Under the pieces are notes generated by a model, which ran no database searches, was not told where the DNA came from, and worked only from the letters and a program-made list of their open reading frames with translations. Source: an uncultured Anaerolineae bacterium (GTDB taxonomy: Bacteria; Chloroflexota; Anaerolineae; VGOG01). Taken from it: DNA of 64,000 nucleotides. The position numbers and the translations under genes were made by a program. Location of the stretch: NCBI GenBank assembly GCA_964510205.1, contig CAZEBW010000004.1, positions 3,638 to 67,637 of the forward strand. The letters are read 5' to 3'. Of this stretch, positions 38,448-45,926 are shown in pieces; within the stretch, counting starts at the first letter, position 1, and each line of letters begins with the position of its first letter.

Positions 38448-38580
38448 GGGGTTCGTAGATTCGTAAATTCGTAAATTCGTAAATTCGTAGATTCGTAGAT
38501 TCGTGGGTTCGTGGATTTGATCCCGAATTTATGAGTCCCGAGTCTACGAATCTACCAGTTTCACGTTTCACGTTTTACGG
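38448..38580. repeat. Octamer array TTCGTAGA (about 9 copies), one inverted unit, then TTTCACG heptamers
   Basis: ggggttcgtagattcgtaaattcgtaaattcgtaaattcgtagattcgtagattcgtgggttcgtgg ... tctacgaatcta ... cagtttcacgtttcacgttttacgg. Confidence 0.85.
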
Positions 38581-38800
38581 TAATGGTGACAGGCAGTAGG
38601 ATTCTGTTGTCCTTTATCTCTCCATCATCTCCCAAGATTGGCAATCGTTGCTCTGTCGCCAGTTCGTACATTCCGACCTCCAGCCAATGTGGTCCCGCTG
38701 GAGTGTCCTCTCGGACAGTCAGGATGTACTCGTCTTCGATGACCTCGCCGACGTCCCAGACGGAAGTGGGATAATCGCCCTCCAAAGGCTGGCTGTCCAT
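38561..38800 (-). pseudogene. Detached C-terminal half of the second C-terminal module of the 38882-40990 GT-C protein
   Basis: In the same frame as the upstream ORF, 27 sense codons after its TAA. YPTSVWDVGEVIEDEYILTV...LEVGMYELATEQRLPIL...NRILL aligns with the ends of the paralogs. Confidence 0.7.
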
Positions 38801-38821
38801 CTGCCCCCAGATGTGCGCCGC

Positions 38822-38893
38822 GACGTCATGTGATGAAGCCGCCGCGACGTCATATGATGAAGCGGCCTCGACGTCATATGATTAAGCGGCCTC
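38822..38893. repeat. 24-bp tandem repeat, 3 copies
   Basis: gacgtcatgtgatgaagccgccgc / gacgtcatatgatgaagcggcctc / gacgtcatatgatTaagcggcctc. The third copy carries the stop codon of the GT-C ORF. Confidence 0.9.
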
Positions 38894-40990
38894 GTCAATC
38901 AGGTGGGTGAAGATGGTGTAATCGGTGTCCATCTCTGCCTCAGCTCGCCAGTAGAGGGTCAGGTGGATCTCCTCGTCTGGCCTAAGCTCGACTTTGTCCA
39001 CTTTGTATCCGATCAGAGTGACCTTGTTATCCAGGTTGAAATCCAACGGGTTATCAATCGCTACCTCCCGACGTTCTCGCGGGAGCATCTTCAACTGACC
39101 GATGACGACGCTTGGGGGATCAAGTTTTGAACCAGTGGTGGGGTCGTAGTGCCCCACCTCAACTCGCACGAGGCTGGGCGCTTGGGCGTCCTCGCTGATG
39201 GGCAGCCGATAGGCGTCGGCGATGATCCCCCCTGGGGCCCACAAGCTGGTGGGATACGAACCCCAACCGGGATAGGTGTCCTCAGATCCCACTAGTTCGC
39301 CCCCGCGCCCCAGCAGGTGGATAAACAGGTAGTAGTCCTTCTCCTCCATCTCCGCCAGCCCCTGCCAGTAGAAAGTGACGCCCAGCGTCTCGCCCGGCCT
39401 GACCGTCTCTCTATCTAGTTTGAAACCGAGCAGTCGGATTTTCTCTCCAAAATCGTGGACCACCCCTGGCGGGACCTCGCTGGGGGAGACGATGGGCGGC
39501 CTGGCGTAGGCAGGGTGGATGTAGACAAATGGACAGAGGGCGGCGAAGGCGAACATGGCCAGACCTATCACCGTCACCAGGATGTTAACGTATCTCCCAG
39601 ATACCAGTTGGCTCAGGCCCAGCATCAGCAGGACGGATATGGCGGAGATGGCGGGAAATAGCAGCCGTCCCTGGCTGGCGGGCGTCGTCCACGTCCAGCG
39701 AACTAGTCCCGCGAAGACGATGCCCAGCCAGAGGATGAGGACAAAGAAACCAGGTTTTTCCCGTTTCACAGTACTTCCCTGGGCGTTTGGAGTGTTCGTA
39801 AACTGGTGTGTTTTGGGTCCAAAGGATGCGAAAAACCTGGTTTCTGACAACCAACGCCGTCTCACAAACCAAATCCCCAAGCCCACCAGGGCCAGCAAGC
39901 TTACCACGTCCAGGATGGCGTAGGCGGCGGGCGCAACCAAGATGCTGAACCAGCCAAACAGCGCCCAGAAAGACATGCGCAGGCCCCGAAACTCGCCCCA
40001 CAGTTCTGACAGATTCGATGGCCCACTATCTCGGCCCACCACGGCCAGCATGGCGTTGAGGCCGGTCGGGTCCCCGTAAAGCTGCCAATTCCTGACGTAC
40101 CACCAGCCAGCCACCGCCAGCACTACGGCAAGGACGATCAGCCCCCCGATCAACGGCCTCGCCGACCGGCGGCGGTAGGCTTGCACGACGAGGACGACGG
40201 CGGTCAAGATCAACAGGCCCAGGCCGCTGAGCTTGGAGAGGCAGGCCAAACCTAGGACGAGGCCCAACAACACGTAATACGCAATACGCAATACGAACAG
40301 GCGGCGTGTTGCGTACTGCGTATTGCGTATTTCGTATTGCGTATTGCGTACCAACAGAAGCAGCGTCAGTGACGATAGGAAGACCACTAGATTGTCGTTG
40401 TTGATGGAGCTGCTGATGAACAAGAACTGCGGGATGAAGGCGTTGATGGCTGCGGCGCCGAGGGCGAGGTGTTCGCGGTCAGGGAAGACCTCCAGAGCGA
40501 GTCTATGCGTCAAGAACACGGTGCCTGCCCCCAGGAGCACCGACAGCAGGCGGACGAGGTGCACCGCCAAAGCTGTGCCCTGAAAGGGGAAACTCTCCCG
40601 CCGGGTATGGACGATCACGTTCTTGTTGCCTGCATCCAGCGGCGTGCCGACGTTGCGCTGGGGATTGTACCAGAGTAGGTCCTCCGCCTCGCTGGTATCG
40701 CTCCAGAAAGTGGTCAGTGCGCCGATCAGGTAATACAGAGGCGGCTGGCTGCCCTCCTGCTCCCACAATCCCGGCTCTTCGGGGTTCTGCACCGGCAGTC
40801 CCTTCCCATCAGCAAGATGCTTGATGAAGAAGTAGTGGTAGATCTCATCGGGCGCCTCGAAGATGGGCGTGACCAGGCTGTAGGTGATGCCCAGGGCGAT
40901 GAACGTGGTTAGAATTAGGGTTATGGCCCAGTGTTGTCTCATAGTGCAAAGTCCTACGTCCCACGTCCTACGTCTCACGTCCGAAGTCAT
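38882..40990 (-). CDS. GT-C fold glycosyltransferase (PMT/ArnT-like, GT39/83 type), paralog 1; truncated by an in-frame TAA
   Basis: N-terminal loop FEAPDEIYHYFFIKHLADGKGLP (acidic DE motif), about 11 TM helices, and C-terminal LTLYW-type modules. ATGA start/stop overlap with paralog 2. Confidence 0.8.
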   Translation of the reverse strand: MTSDVRRRTWDVGLCTMRQHWAITLILTTFIALGITYSLVTPIFEAPDEIYHYFFIKHLADGKGLPVQNPEEPGLWEQEGSQPPLYYLIGALTTFWSDTSEAEDLLWYNPQRNVGTPLDAGNKNVIVHTRRESFPFQGTALAVHLVRLLSVLLGAGTVFLTHRLALEVFPDREHLALGAAAINAFIPQFLFISSSINNDNLVVFLSSLTLLLLVRNTQYEIRNTQYATRRLFVLRIAYYVLLGLVLGLACLSKLSGLGLLILTAVVLVVQAYRRRSARPLIGGLIVLAVVLAVAGWWYVRNWQLYGDPTGLNAMLAVVGRDSGPSNLSELWGEFRGLRMSFWALFGWFSILVAPAAYAILDVVSLLALVGLGIWFVRRRWLSETRFFASFGPKTHQFTNTPNAQGSTVKREKPGFFVLILWLGIVFAGLVRWTWTTPASQGRLLFPAISAISVLLMLGLSQLVSGRYVNILVTVIGLAMFAFAALCPFVYIHPAYARPPIVSPSEVPPGVVHDFGEKIRLLGFKLDRETVRPGETLGVTFYWQGLAEMEEKDYYLFIHLLGRGGELVGSEDTYPGWGSYPTSLWAPGGIIADAYRLPISEDAQAPSLVRVEVGHYDPTTGSKLDPPSVVIGQLKMLPRERREVAIDNPLDFNLDNKVTLIGYKVDKVELRPDEEIHLTLYWRAEAEMDTDYTIFTHLIDEAA
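40273..40351. repeat. Inverted pair of heptamer arrays AATACGC / GCGTATT inside a CDS
   Basis: gtaatacgcaatacgcaatacgaa...ttgcgtactgcgtattgcgtatttcgtattgcgtattgcgtac, translated as VRNTQYEIRNTQYATRRLFVLRIAYY. Confidence 0.85.
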
Positions 40991-41024
40991 TGACTTAGGA
41001 CCTCGGACTTAGGACCTAGGACTA
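40951..41024. repeat. Inverted heptamer arrays GTCCTAC(G) / GGACCTA spanning a gene junction
   Basis: gtcctacgtcccacgtcctacgtctcacgtcc and ggacctcggacttaggacctaggac. These encode the N-terminus of paralog 1 and the C-terminus of paralog 2. Confidence 0.75.
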
Positions 41025-43332
41025 TTCTCACTTTGCTCAACAGGATTCGGTTGCCCATCAGCCGGCCGTCCTGGTCGAGGAGGTCTAAGCGATTCCCGGT
41101 CTCAGCCAGGTAGAGCCCCACCTCGATCTCGTAGACGTCGGGAGGGGCGTCGGGGGCGATGTCTAGCTCGTATTGGTCCACGACGATTTGCCCCCTGGCC
41201 CAGGCGGAAGTGGAAGGCTGCGGCTGGCGGTCCGCTCCTGCCCAGATCTGATCTCCCTCTCTCAGCAGGTGGACGAAGACGGTGTAGGCGTCCCTCATCT
41301 CGGCCAGGCTCTGCCAGTACAGAGTAAGGTGGATGGCTTCGCCCGGCTCGGCCTTTCTGCGGTCCATCTCGTAGCCCACCAGGGCGATCTGGCCCCCAAA
41401 GTTGAAATGCACCGGATTGGGCAGCCCGGTTTCGGACCTGGGCAAGACCCCGATTTTCCCGAAGCGCACGTTATCTCCCGCAAGTTCTCCATTGGCCCCG
41501 TACACGGGTAGGCGTTCGCCCGTCGCAGCGTCGTAAGGCCCCACCTCCAGTTGGGCCGAACTGGGGGCGTAGGTCGTCTCTGGCAGCGTCAGGGTGTAGG
41601 CGTCCGCGATGGCGTCGCCGGCCTGCCACAGCGTGGTAGGGAAGCTGCCCAGTCCGGGGAAGGTGTTCCTCTGGGCTATGACGAGATCGTTTTCGTCCAG
41701 CAGGTGAACGAAGACGGCGTAGTCCCGGTTCATCTCGGCCAGGGATTGCCAGTACAGGGTGACGGTTAGCGAATCGCCGGGTTGCAGGTTGTAGGTTGTA
41801 GGTTGCAGGTTGTAGCCCAGCAGCTTCATCACTCCGCCGAAGTTCATATCCAGGCGATTTGGGATGGCCTCGATCTGTTCGGGAGAGAGCAGGGGCGGCC
41901 TGGCGTAGGCTGGGGCGATGTAGGCCACGGGACAGATGCAGGCGAACACGAACATCGCTCCGGCCAGCAGGGCTGTGGCCTTGCCTCGCCAGCGGGTGGG
42001 AATGAGTTGTAACCATCCCAGCAGGGGCAGGATGGCGAGGGACGCAGTGGCTGGGAAGAGGTGCCGCCCAGAGGGTGCAAAGACCCACTGCAGCCAGCGC
42101 AGCAGGGCGGCGAAGACCAGTAAGCTCCACAGCAGGAGCAGGGCTAAGCCCTGCCATGTGTCATTGCGAGGAGCGGAGCGACGAAGCAATCTCCTCCTTG
42201 CGGCTTGGGGATTGCTTCGCTTCGCTCGCAATGACACATCCGTGAGTTTGGTCCCGTTTCTAACGACTAGAACTAACAGCCCCAGGGCGCCCAGGCGCAC
42301 CACAATTCGCAGGACGGTGTAGATCCAAGGGTGGACGTGGACATTGCCCCAGCCGAAGGCGGCCCAAAAGGACAGCTCCATCTGAGAGAACTCGTGGATC
42401 AACTCGCCGAGGGTGAGCTGCGGCCGGCCGGGGCCCACGATGGCTTGGTGGATCTGCACCCCCAGCGGGTCGCCGTGCAATCGCCAATTCAAAGTATACC
42501 ACCATCCGGCTACGATGGCAACAACAGCAAAGACGATCAGGCATGCCTTGAGAAAGGCCCACCCAGAGCCTCTGCGCCAGGCGGCCATGGCGATGGCCAC
42601 GACCGCAGCAGGCAGCAGGGCCAGCGCGCTCGCTTTGGTGATGAGGGCCAATCCCACGGTCAGCCCCAGCCAGACCAGACGGCGGGTGGAGAGGCCCCTT
42701 CTCCTCAGGCGGACCATGAGCCACAGGGCCAGGGTGCACAGGGCCGACACTGCGCTGTCGTTGCTCACTGCACTTGATATAAAGATGAACTGCGGATTGA
42801 AGGCCACCAGGCCCGCTGCACCAGCGGCGAAAGAACGTTGCCGGGGGAACAACTCCAGCGCAATCAGATAGGTGGCCAAGACGGTGGTTGCTCCCCAGAG
42901 CACCGACACCAGGCGGGCCATACGAACGGCCAACACCGCGCCGCGATAGGGGAAGCGTTCCTCGTTGGTGTGAAGCACTCGGTTTTTGTTGTCGTTGACC
43001 GTGCCAGGCGCGCTGTAGCCCCAGAAAGGATTGAGCCACGCCAGGTTCTGCCAATCGTCGTCTTCGATCCAGAACGTAGCCAAAGCCGCCGTGACATAAT
43101 ACAGTGGGGGCTGGGTGGCCTCCTGTCTCATCAGAGGCTGCGTTTGCGCCAGGCTCTGCACCGGCAGACCTTTCCCGTCGCCCAGCCATTTGACGTAAGG
43201 GTAATGCCACAACTCGTCGGGCTTCTCGAAGAGGGGCGTGGCTGCGTTGTAGGCGATGCCCAGGGCGAAAAACGCGGTTAGGATTAGGATGATGGCCCAA
43301 TGTTGTTTGATGGTCCGAGGTCCCCTATCCAT
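40987..43332 (-). CDS. GT-C fold glycosyltransferase (PMT/ArnT-like), paralog 2
   Basis: FEKPDELWHYPYVKWLGDGKGLP, multi-TM core, and two C-terminal modules of about 120 aa (TVTLYWQSLAEM..., HLTLYWQSLAEM...). Confidence 0.85.
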   Translation of the reverse strand: MDRGPRTIKQHWAIILILTAFFALGIAYNAATPLFEKPDELWHYPYVKWLGDGKGLPVQSLAQTQPLMRQEATQPPLYYVTAALATFWIEDDDWQNLAWLNPFWGYSAPGTVNDNKNRVLHTNEERFPYRGAVLAVRMARLVSVLWGATTVLATYLIALELFPRQRSFAAGAAGLVAFNPQFIFISSAVSNDSAVSALCTLALWLMVRLRRRGLSTRRLVWLGLTVGLALITKASALALLPAAVVAIAMAAWRRGSGWAFLKACLIVFAVVAIVAGWWYTLNWRLHGDPLGVQIHQAIVGPGRPQLTLGELIHEFSQMELSFWAAFGWGNVHVHPWIYTVLRIVVRLGALGLLVLVVRNGTKLTDVSLRAKRSNPQAARRRLLRRSAPRNDTWQGLALLLLWSLLVFAALLRWLQWVFAPSGRHLFPATASLAILPLLGWLQLIPTRWRGKATALLAGAMFVFACICPVAYIAPAYARPPLLSPEQIEAIPNRLDMNFGGVMKLLGYNLQPTTYNLQPGDSLTVTLYWQSLAEMNRDYAVFVHLLDENDLVIAQRNTFPGLGSFPTTLWQAGDAIADAYTLTLPETTYAPSSAQLEVGPYDAATGERLPVYGANGELAGDNVRFGKIGVLPRSETGLPNPVHFNFGGQIALVGYEMDRRKAEPGEAIHLTLYWQSLAEMRDAYTVFVHLLREGDQIWAGADRQPQPSTSAWARGQIVVDQYELDIAPDAPPDVYEIEVGLYLAETGNRLDLLDQDGRLMGNRILLSKVRIVLGPKSEVLSQ
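41779..41816. repeat. Heptamer array GGTTGTA/GGTTGCA inside a CDS
   Basis: gggttgcaggttgtaggttgtaggttgcaggttgtag, translated as YNLQPTTYNLQP. Confidence 0.85.
42154..42240. repeat. Palindromic (MITE/REP-like) element, copy 2, in-frame inside the GT-C paralog 2 CDS
   Basis: catgtgtcattgcgaggagcggagcgacgaagcaatc...gattgcttcgcttcgctcgcaatgacacatc, translated as a loop ...DVSLRAKRSNPQAARRRLLRRSAPRNDTW... Confidence 0.8.
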
Positions 43333-43418
43333 AGTCCATAGTCCTAGGTCCGATGGAAGGCGGCCTCGGACCTAGCGCGATTTCACAAAACAGGCATTGA
43401 TTCTTGAGACAGCGTCCG

Positions 43419-43530
43419 CCAGGGGCTCCGCTGCGCTCAAGCCCCTGGCTCAGTCTACAAAGCCCCCGCTGGGGCTGGGGTCGTCAGGCCGCAGGCCTTT
43501 GTACCTGAGCCCGGCGGCTTCAGCCCCGGG
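43419..43530. repeat. Intergenic nested-hairpin element
   Basis: gccagggg...cccctggc, and ctcagtctacaaagcc...ggcctttgtacctgag enclosing gcccc/ggggc stems. Confidence 0.4.
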
Positions 43531-43583
43531 CGGAGTGGCGGCGGAGTCAACCTTTGTTGTGTGATGCAGTGCTAGGCTTGGAT

Positions 43584-45926
43584 TTATTTGACTCGTACTT
43601 TGCTCAACAGCACGCGGTCGTCCAGCAGCCGCCCGCCCTCCCCCACGATTCTCAGGCGGTCGCCTGTCTCCGCCAGGTAGAAGCCTATCTCGACGTCGTA
43701 CACGTCGGCGGGAGTGTCGGCATAGATGGTAAGTTCGTATTCGTCCACTATCGTCTGGCCGGGCTGCCAAGTCGAAGTGGGGGACTTGCCGTCCAGGGGC
43801 CAGCTATCCTCTTGGGCCCAGATGCGGTTCTCTTCTCCCAAAACGTGGGTGAACACGGAGTAGTCTTCTTTCATGTCAGCCAGCCCCTGCCAGTAGAGGG
43901 TCAGGTGGATGGTCTCGCCGGGCGCGGCCGTCCGTCGGTCCATATCGTATCCGACGAGGGCGATCTTGTTTGCGAAGTTGAAGTGGACGGGGTTGGGCGC
44001 CTCTGCTTCAGCTCGGGGCAGGATCTCGAATTGGTGGAAGCGGACGTTGTCGCCCAGGGCCTCTCCATTGGGAGCGTAGGCCGACAGCCGCTCCCCGGTG
44101 TCGAAGTTGTAGAGTCCCACGGCCAGTTGGGCTTGGTTGGGGGCGAAGGCCGTCTCTGGCAGGATGAGGACGTAGCGGTTGGCGATGGCCTCTCCTGGCG
44201 ACCAGAGGCTGGTGGGATAGAGGCCCTGTCCGGGGTACATGTCTCGTTGGGCGACGATGAGCTCGGTTTGGTCGAGCAGGTGGACGAAGGTGCTGTAGTT
44301 CTCGTTCATTTCGGCCAGGGCTTGCCAGTAGAGGGTGACCTCCAGTGAATCGCCAGGTTTCAGGTGACTGGGTATTGGGTATTGGGTATTGGGTATTGCG
44401 TAGCCTAGCAGCTTGATCACTTCGCCGAAGGAGACGTCGAGGCGGTTGGGGATGGCCGCGATCTCTGCTGGTGAGAGGGGTTGGGGTTTGGCGTAGGCGG
44501 GGGCGATGTAGCGGAAGGGGGTGGCGGCGGCGATGATGAACATCAGGCTGCCCAGCAGGCAGGCCAGCGTTTTGGTGTAAGCGAAGCGGCGGTTTTTGTA
44601 AGCGAAGCGACGGCGTCGGGGCACGAACTGGCTCAGGCCCAAGAAGAGCAGGATGGAGAGGGCCGAGATAGCTGAAAAGACCAGTCGCCCTTGAGAGGAC
44701 CAGGTCAGCAGCGCCCAGCGGATCAGGGATATGAACACGATGGCCGGCCAGGCCAGCAGCAGCGCTACTTTGATCCAGGCCTCTGGCCGTGGTTTGTCTC
44801 CAATCAATTTGCGAATCAGGAAGGCGATCACCCCCAGGGCGGCTGCTATGGCCATGAGATTCAGCAGGTCGTAGACCCAGGCATCCATGGGCACGTTCAC
44901 CCCGCCGAACAGGCCCCAGTACGACATGGCGAAGCCCTCACGCTCCCCCCACAATTGACGGAGGGTGGCGGGCGGGTGGCGCCGGCCCAGAATGTCCAGG
45001 AACACGTTTAGCCCCAGGGGGTCGCCGTAGAGCTTCCAATTCCTGACAAACCACCAGCCTGACAGGAGTGCAGCCAGACCCACCACGATGAGGCCGCCTT
45101 GCAGGAGAGTTCGCCAGGAGCGTTGACGGTAAGCAGCGTAGGCGACGGTCAGGCCCGCCAGCGCCAGGAGACCGATGGCGCTCTCTTTGGTCAGGATGGC
45201 CAATCCTATGACCAGCCCCAGCCATGCCCAATCGCGGTTTGCGGTTTGCGGTTTGCGATTTGCGATTTGTGGTTTGCGATTTGTGATTTTGACCATCATC
45301 AGCAGGGCCAGGCTGCACAAGGGCACCACCAAGTTGTCGTTGTTGATCGCGCCGCTGACGAACAGGAACATGGGAGTGAAGGCGTTGACGGCGGCTGCGC
45401 CCAGGGCCAAGTCCTCGCGGCCGGGGAAGATCTCCAGAGCGAGCAGGTAAGTCAGCAGCACCGTGGCCGCTCCCATCAACACCGAGAGGAAGCGTATGAG
45501 GTGCACGGCCAGGGCCGTCCCATGCCAGGGGAAGGCCTCTTGTTCGGAGTGTATGACCAAATTGGTGTTGCCGTCGGCGGTCAGCACGCCGTTATCCACG
45601 TGGGGGTTGGGCCATAACAGGGGCGGCTGGCCGTGGTAGGCGTCGTCGGTGTCAATCCAGAAAGTGGCCAGGGCGCCCAGGGCGTAGTACAGGGGCGGCT
45701 GGCTCCCCTCCTGCCGCCAGGGCTGATCAATGCCGGGATCCTGCACGGGTAGACCGTGGCCGTCCGCCAGGTGCTTGACGAAGGGGTAGTGCCACAACTC
45801 GTCGGAGGCCTCGAAGATGGGTGTGACTACGCTGTAGGCAACGCCCAGGGCGATAAACGTGGCCAGGATGAGGGCGATGGCTAAAGGTTGTAGGTTGTAG
45901 GTTCTAGATTTTAGGGTTGCGTTCAT
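43584..45926 (-). CDS. GT-C fold glycosyltransferase (PMT/ArnT-like), paralog 3
   Basis: FEASDELWHYPFVKHLADGHGLP, multi-TM core, and two C-terminal modules. ATGA overlap with paralog 4. Confidence 0.85.
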   Translation of the reverse strand: MNATLKSRTYNLQPLAIALILATFIALGVAYSVVTPIFEASDELWHYPFVKHLADGHGLPVQDPGIDQPWRQEGSQPPLYYALGALATFWIDTDDAYHGQPPLLWPNPHVDNGVLTADGNTNLVIHSEQEAFPWHGTALAVHLIRFLSVLMGAATVLLTYLLALEIFPGREDLALGAAAVNAFTPMFLFVSGAINNDNLVVPLCSLALLMMVKITNRKPQIANRKPQTANRDWAWLGLVIGLAILTKESAIGLLALAGLTVAYAAYRQRSWRTLLQGGLIVVGLAALLSGWWFVRNWKLYGDPLGLNVFLDILGRRHPPATLRQLWGEREGFAMSYWGLFGGVNVPMDAWVYDLLNLMAIAAALGVIAFLIRKLIGDKPRPEAWIKVALLLAWPAIVFISLIRWALLTWSSQGRLVFSAISALSILLFLGLSQFVPRRRRFAYKNRRFAYTKTLACLLGSLMFIIAAATPFRYIAPAYAKPQPLSPAEIAAIPNRLDVSFGEVIKLLGYAIPNTQYPIPSHLKPGDSLEVTLYWQALAEMNENYSTFVHLLDQTELIVAQRDMYPGQGLYPTSLWSPGEAIANRYVLILPETAFAPNQAQLAVGLYNFDTGERLSAYAPNGEALGDNVRFHQFEILPRAEAEAPNPVHFNFANKIALVGYDMDRRTAAPGETIHLTLYWQGLADMKEDYSVFTHVLGEENRIWAQEDSWPLDGKSPTSTWQPGQTIVDEYELTIYADTPADVYDVEIGFYLAETGDRLRIVGEGGRLLDDRVLLSKVRVK
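44368..44405. repeat. Heptamer array GGGTATT inside a CDS
   Basis: ctgggtattgggtattgggtattgggtattgcgtagcc, translated as IPNTQYPIPS. Confidence 0.85.
45229..45293. repeat. Heptamer array GGTTTGC/GATTTGC (about 8 copies) inside a CDS
   Basis: cgcggtttgcggtttgcggtttgcgatttgcgatttgtggtttgcgatttgtgatttt, translated as KITNRKPQIANRKPQTANRDW. Confidence 0.85.

Noticed and set aside
42260-43300. 346-aa alternative-frame ORF within GT-C paralog 2, and similar ones within paralogs 3 and 4
   Set aside because: These are frame-shifted shadows with a Pro/Arg/Gly bias. The annotated frames are mutually homologous across four paralogs.
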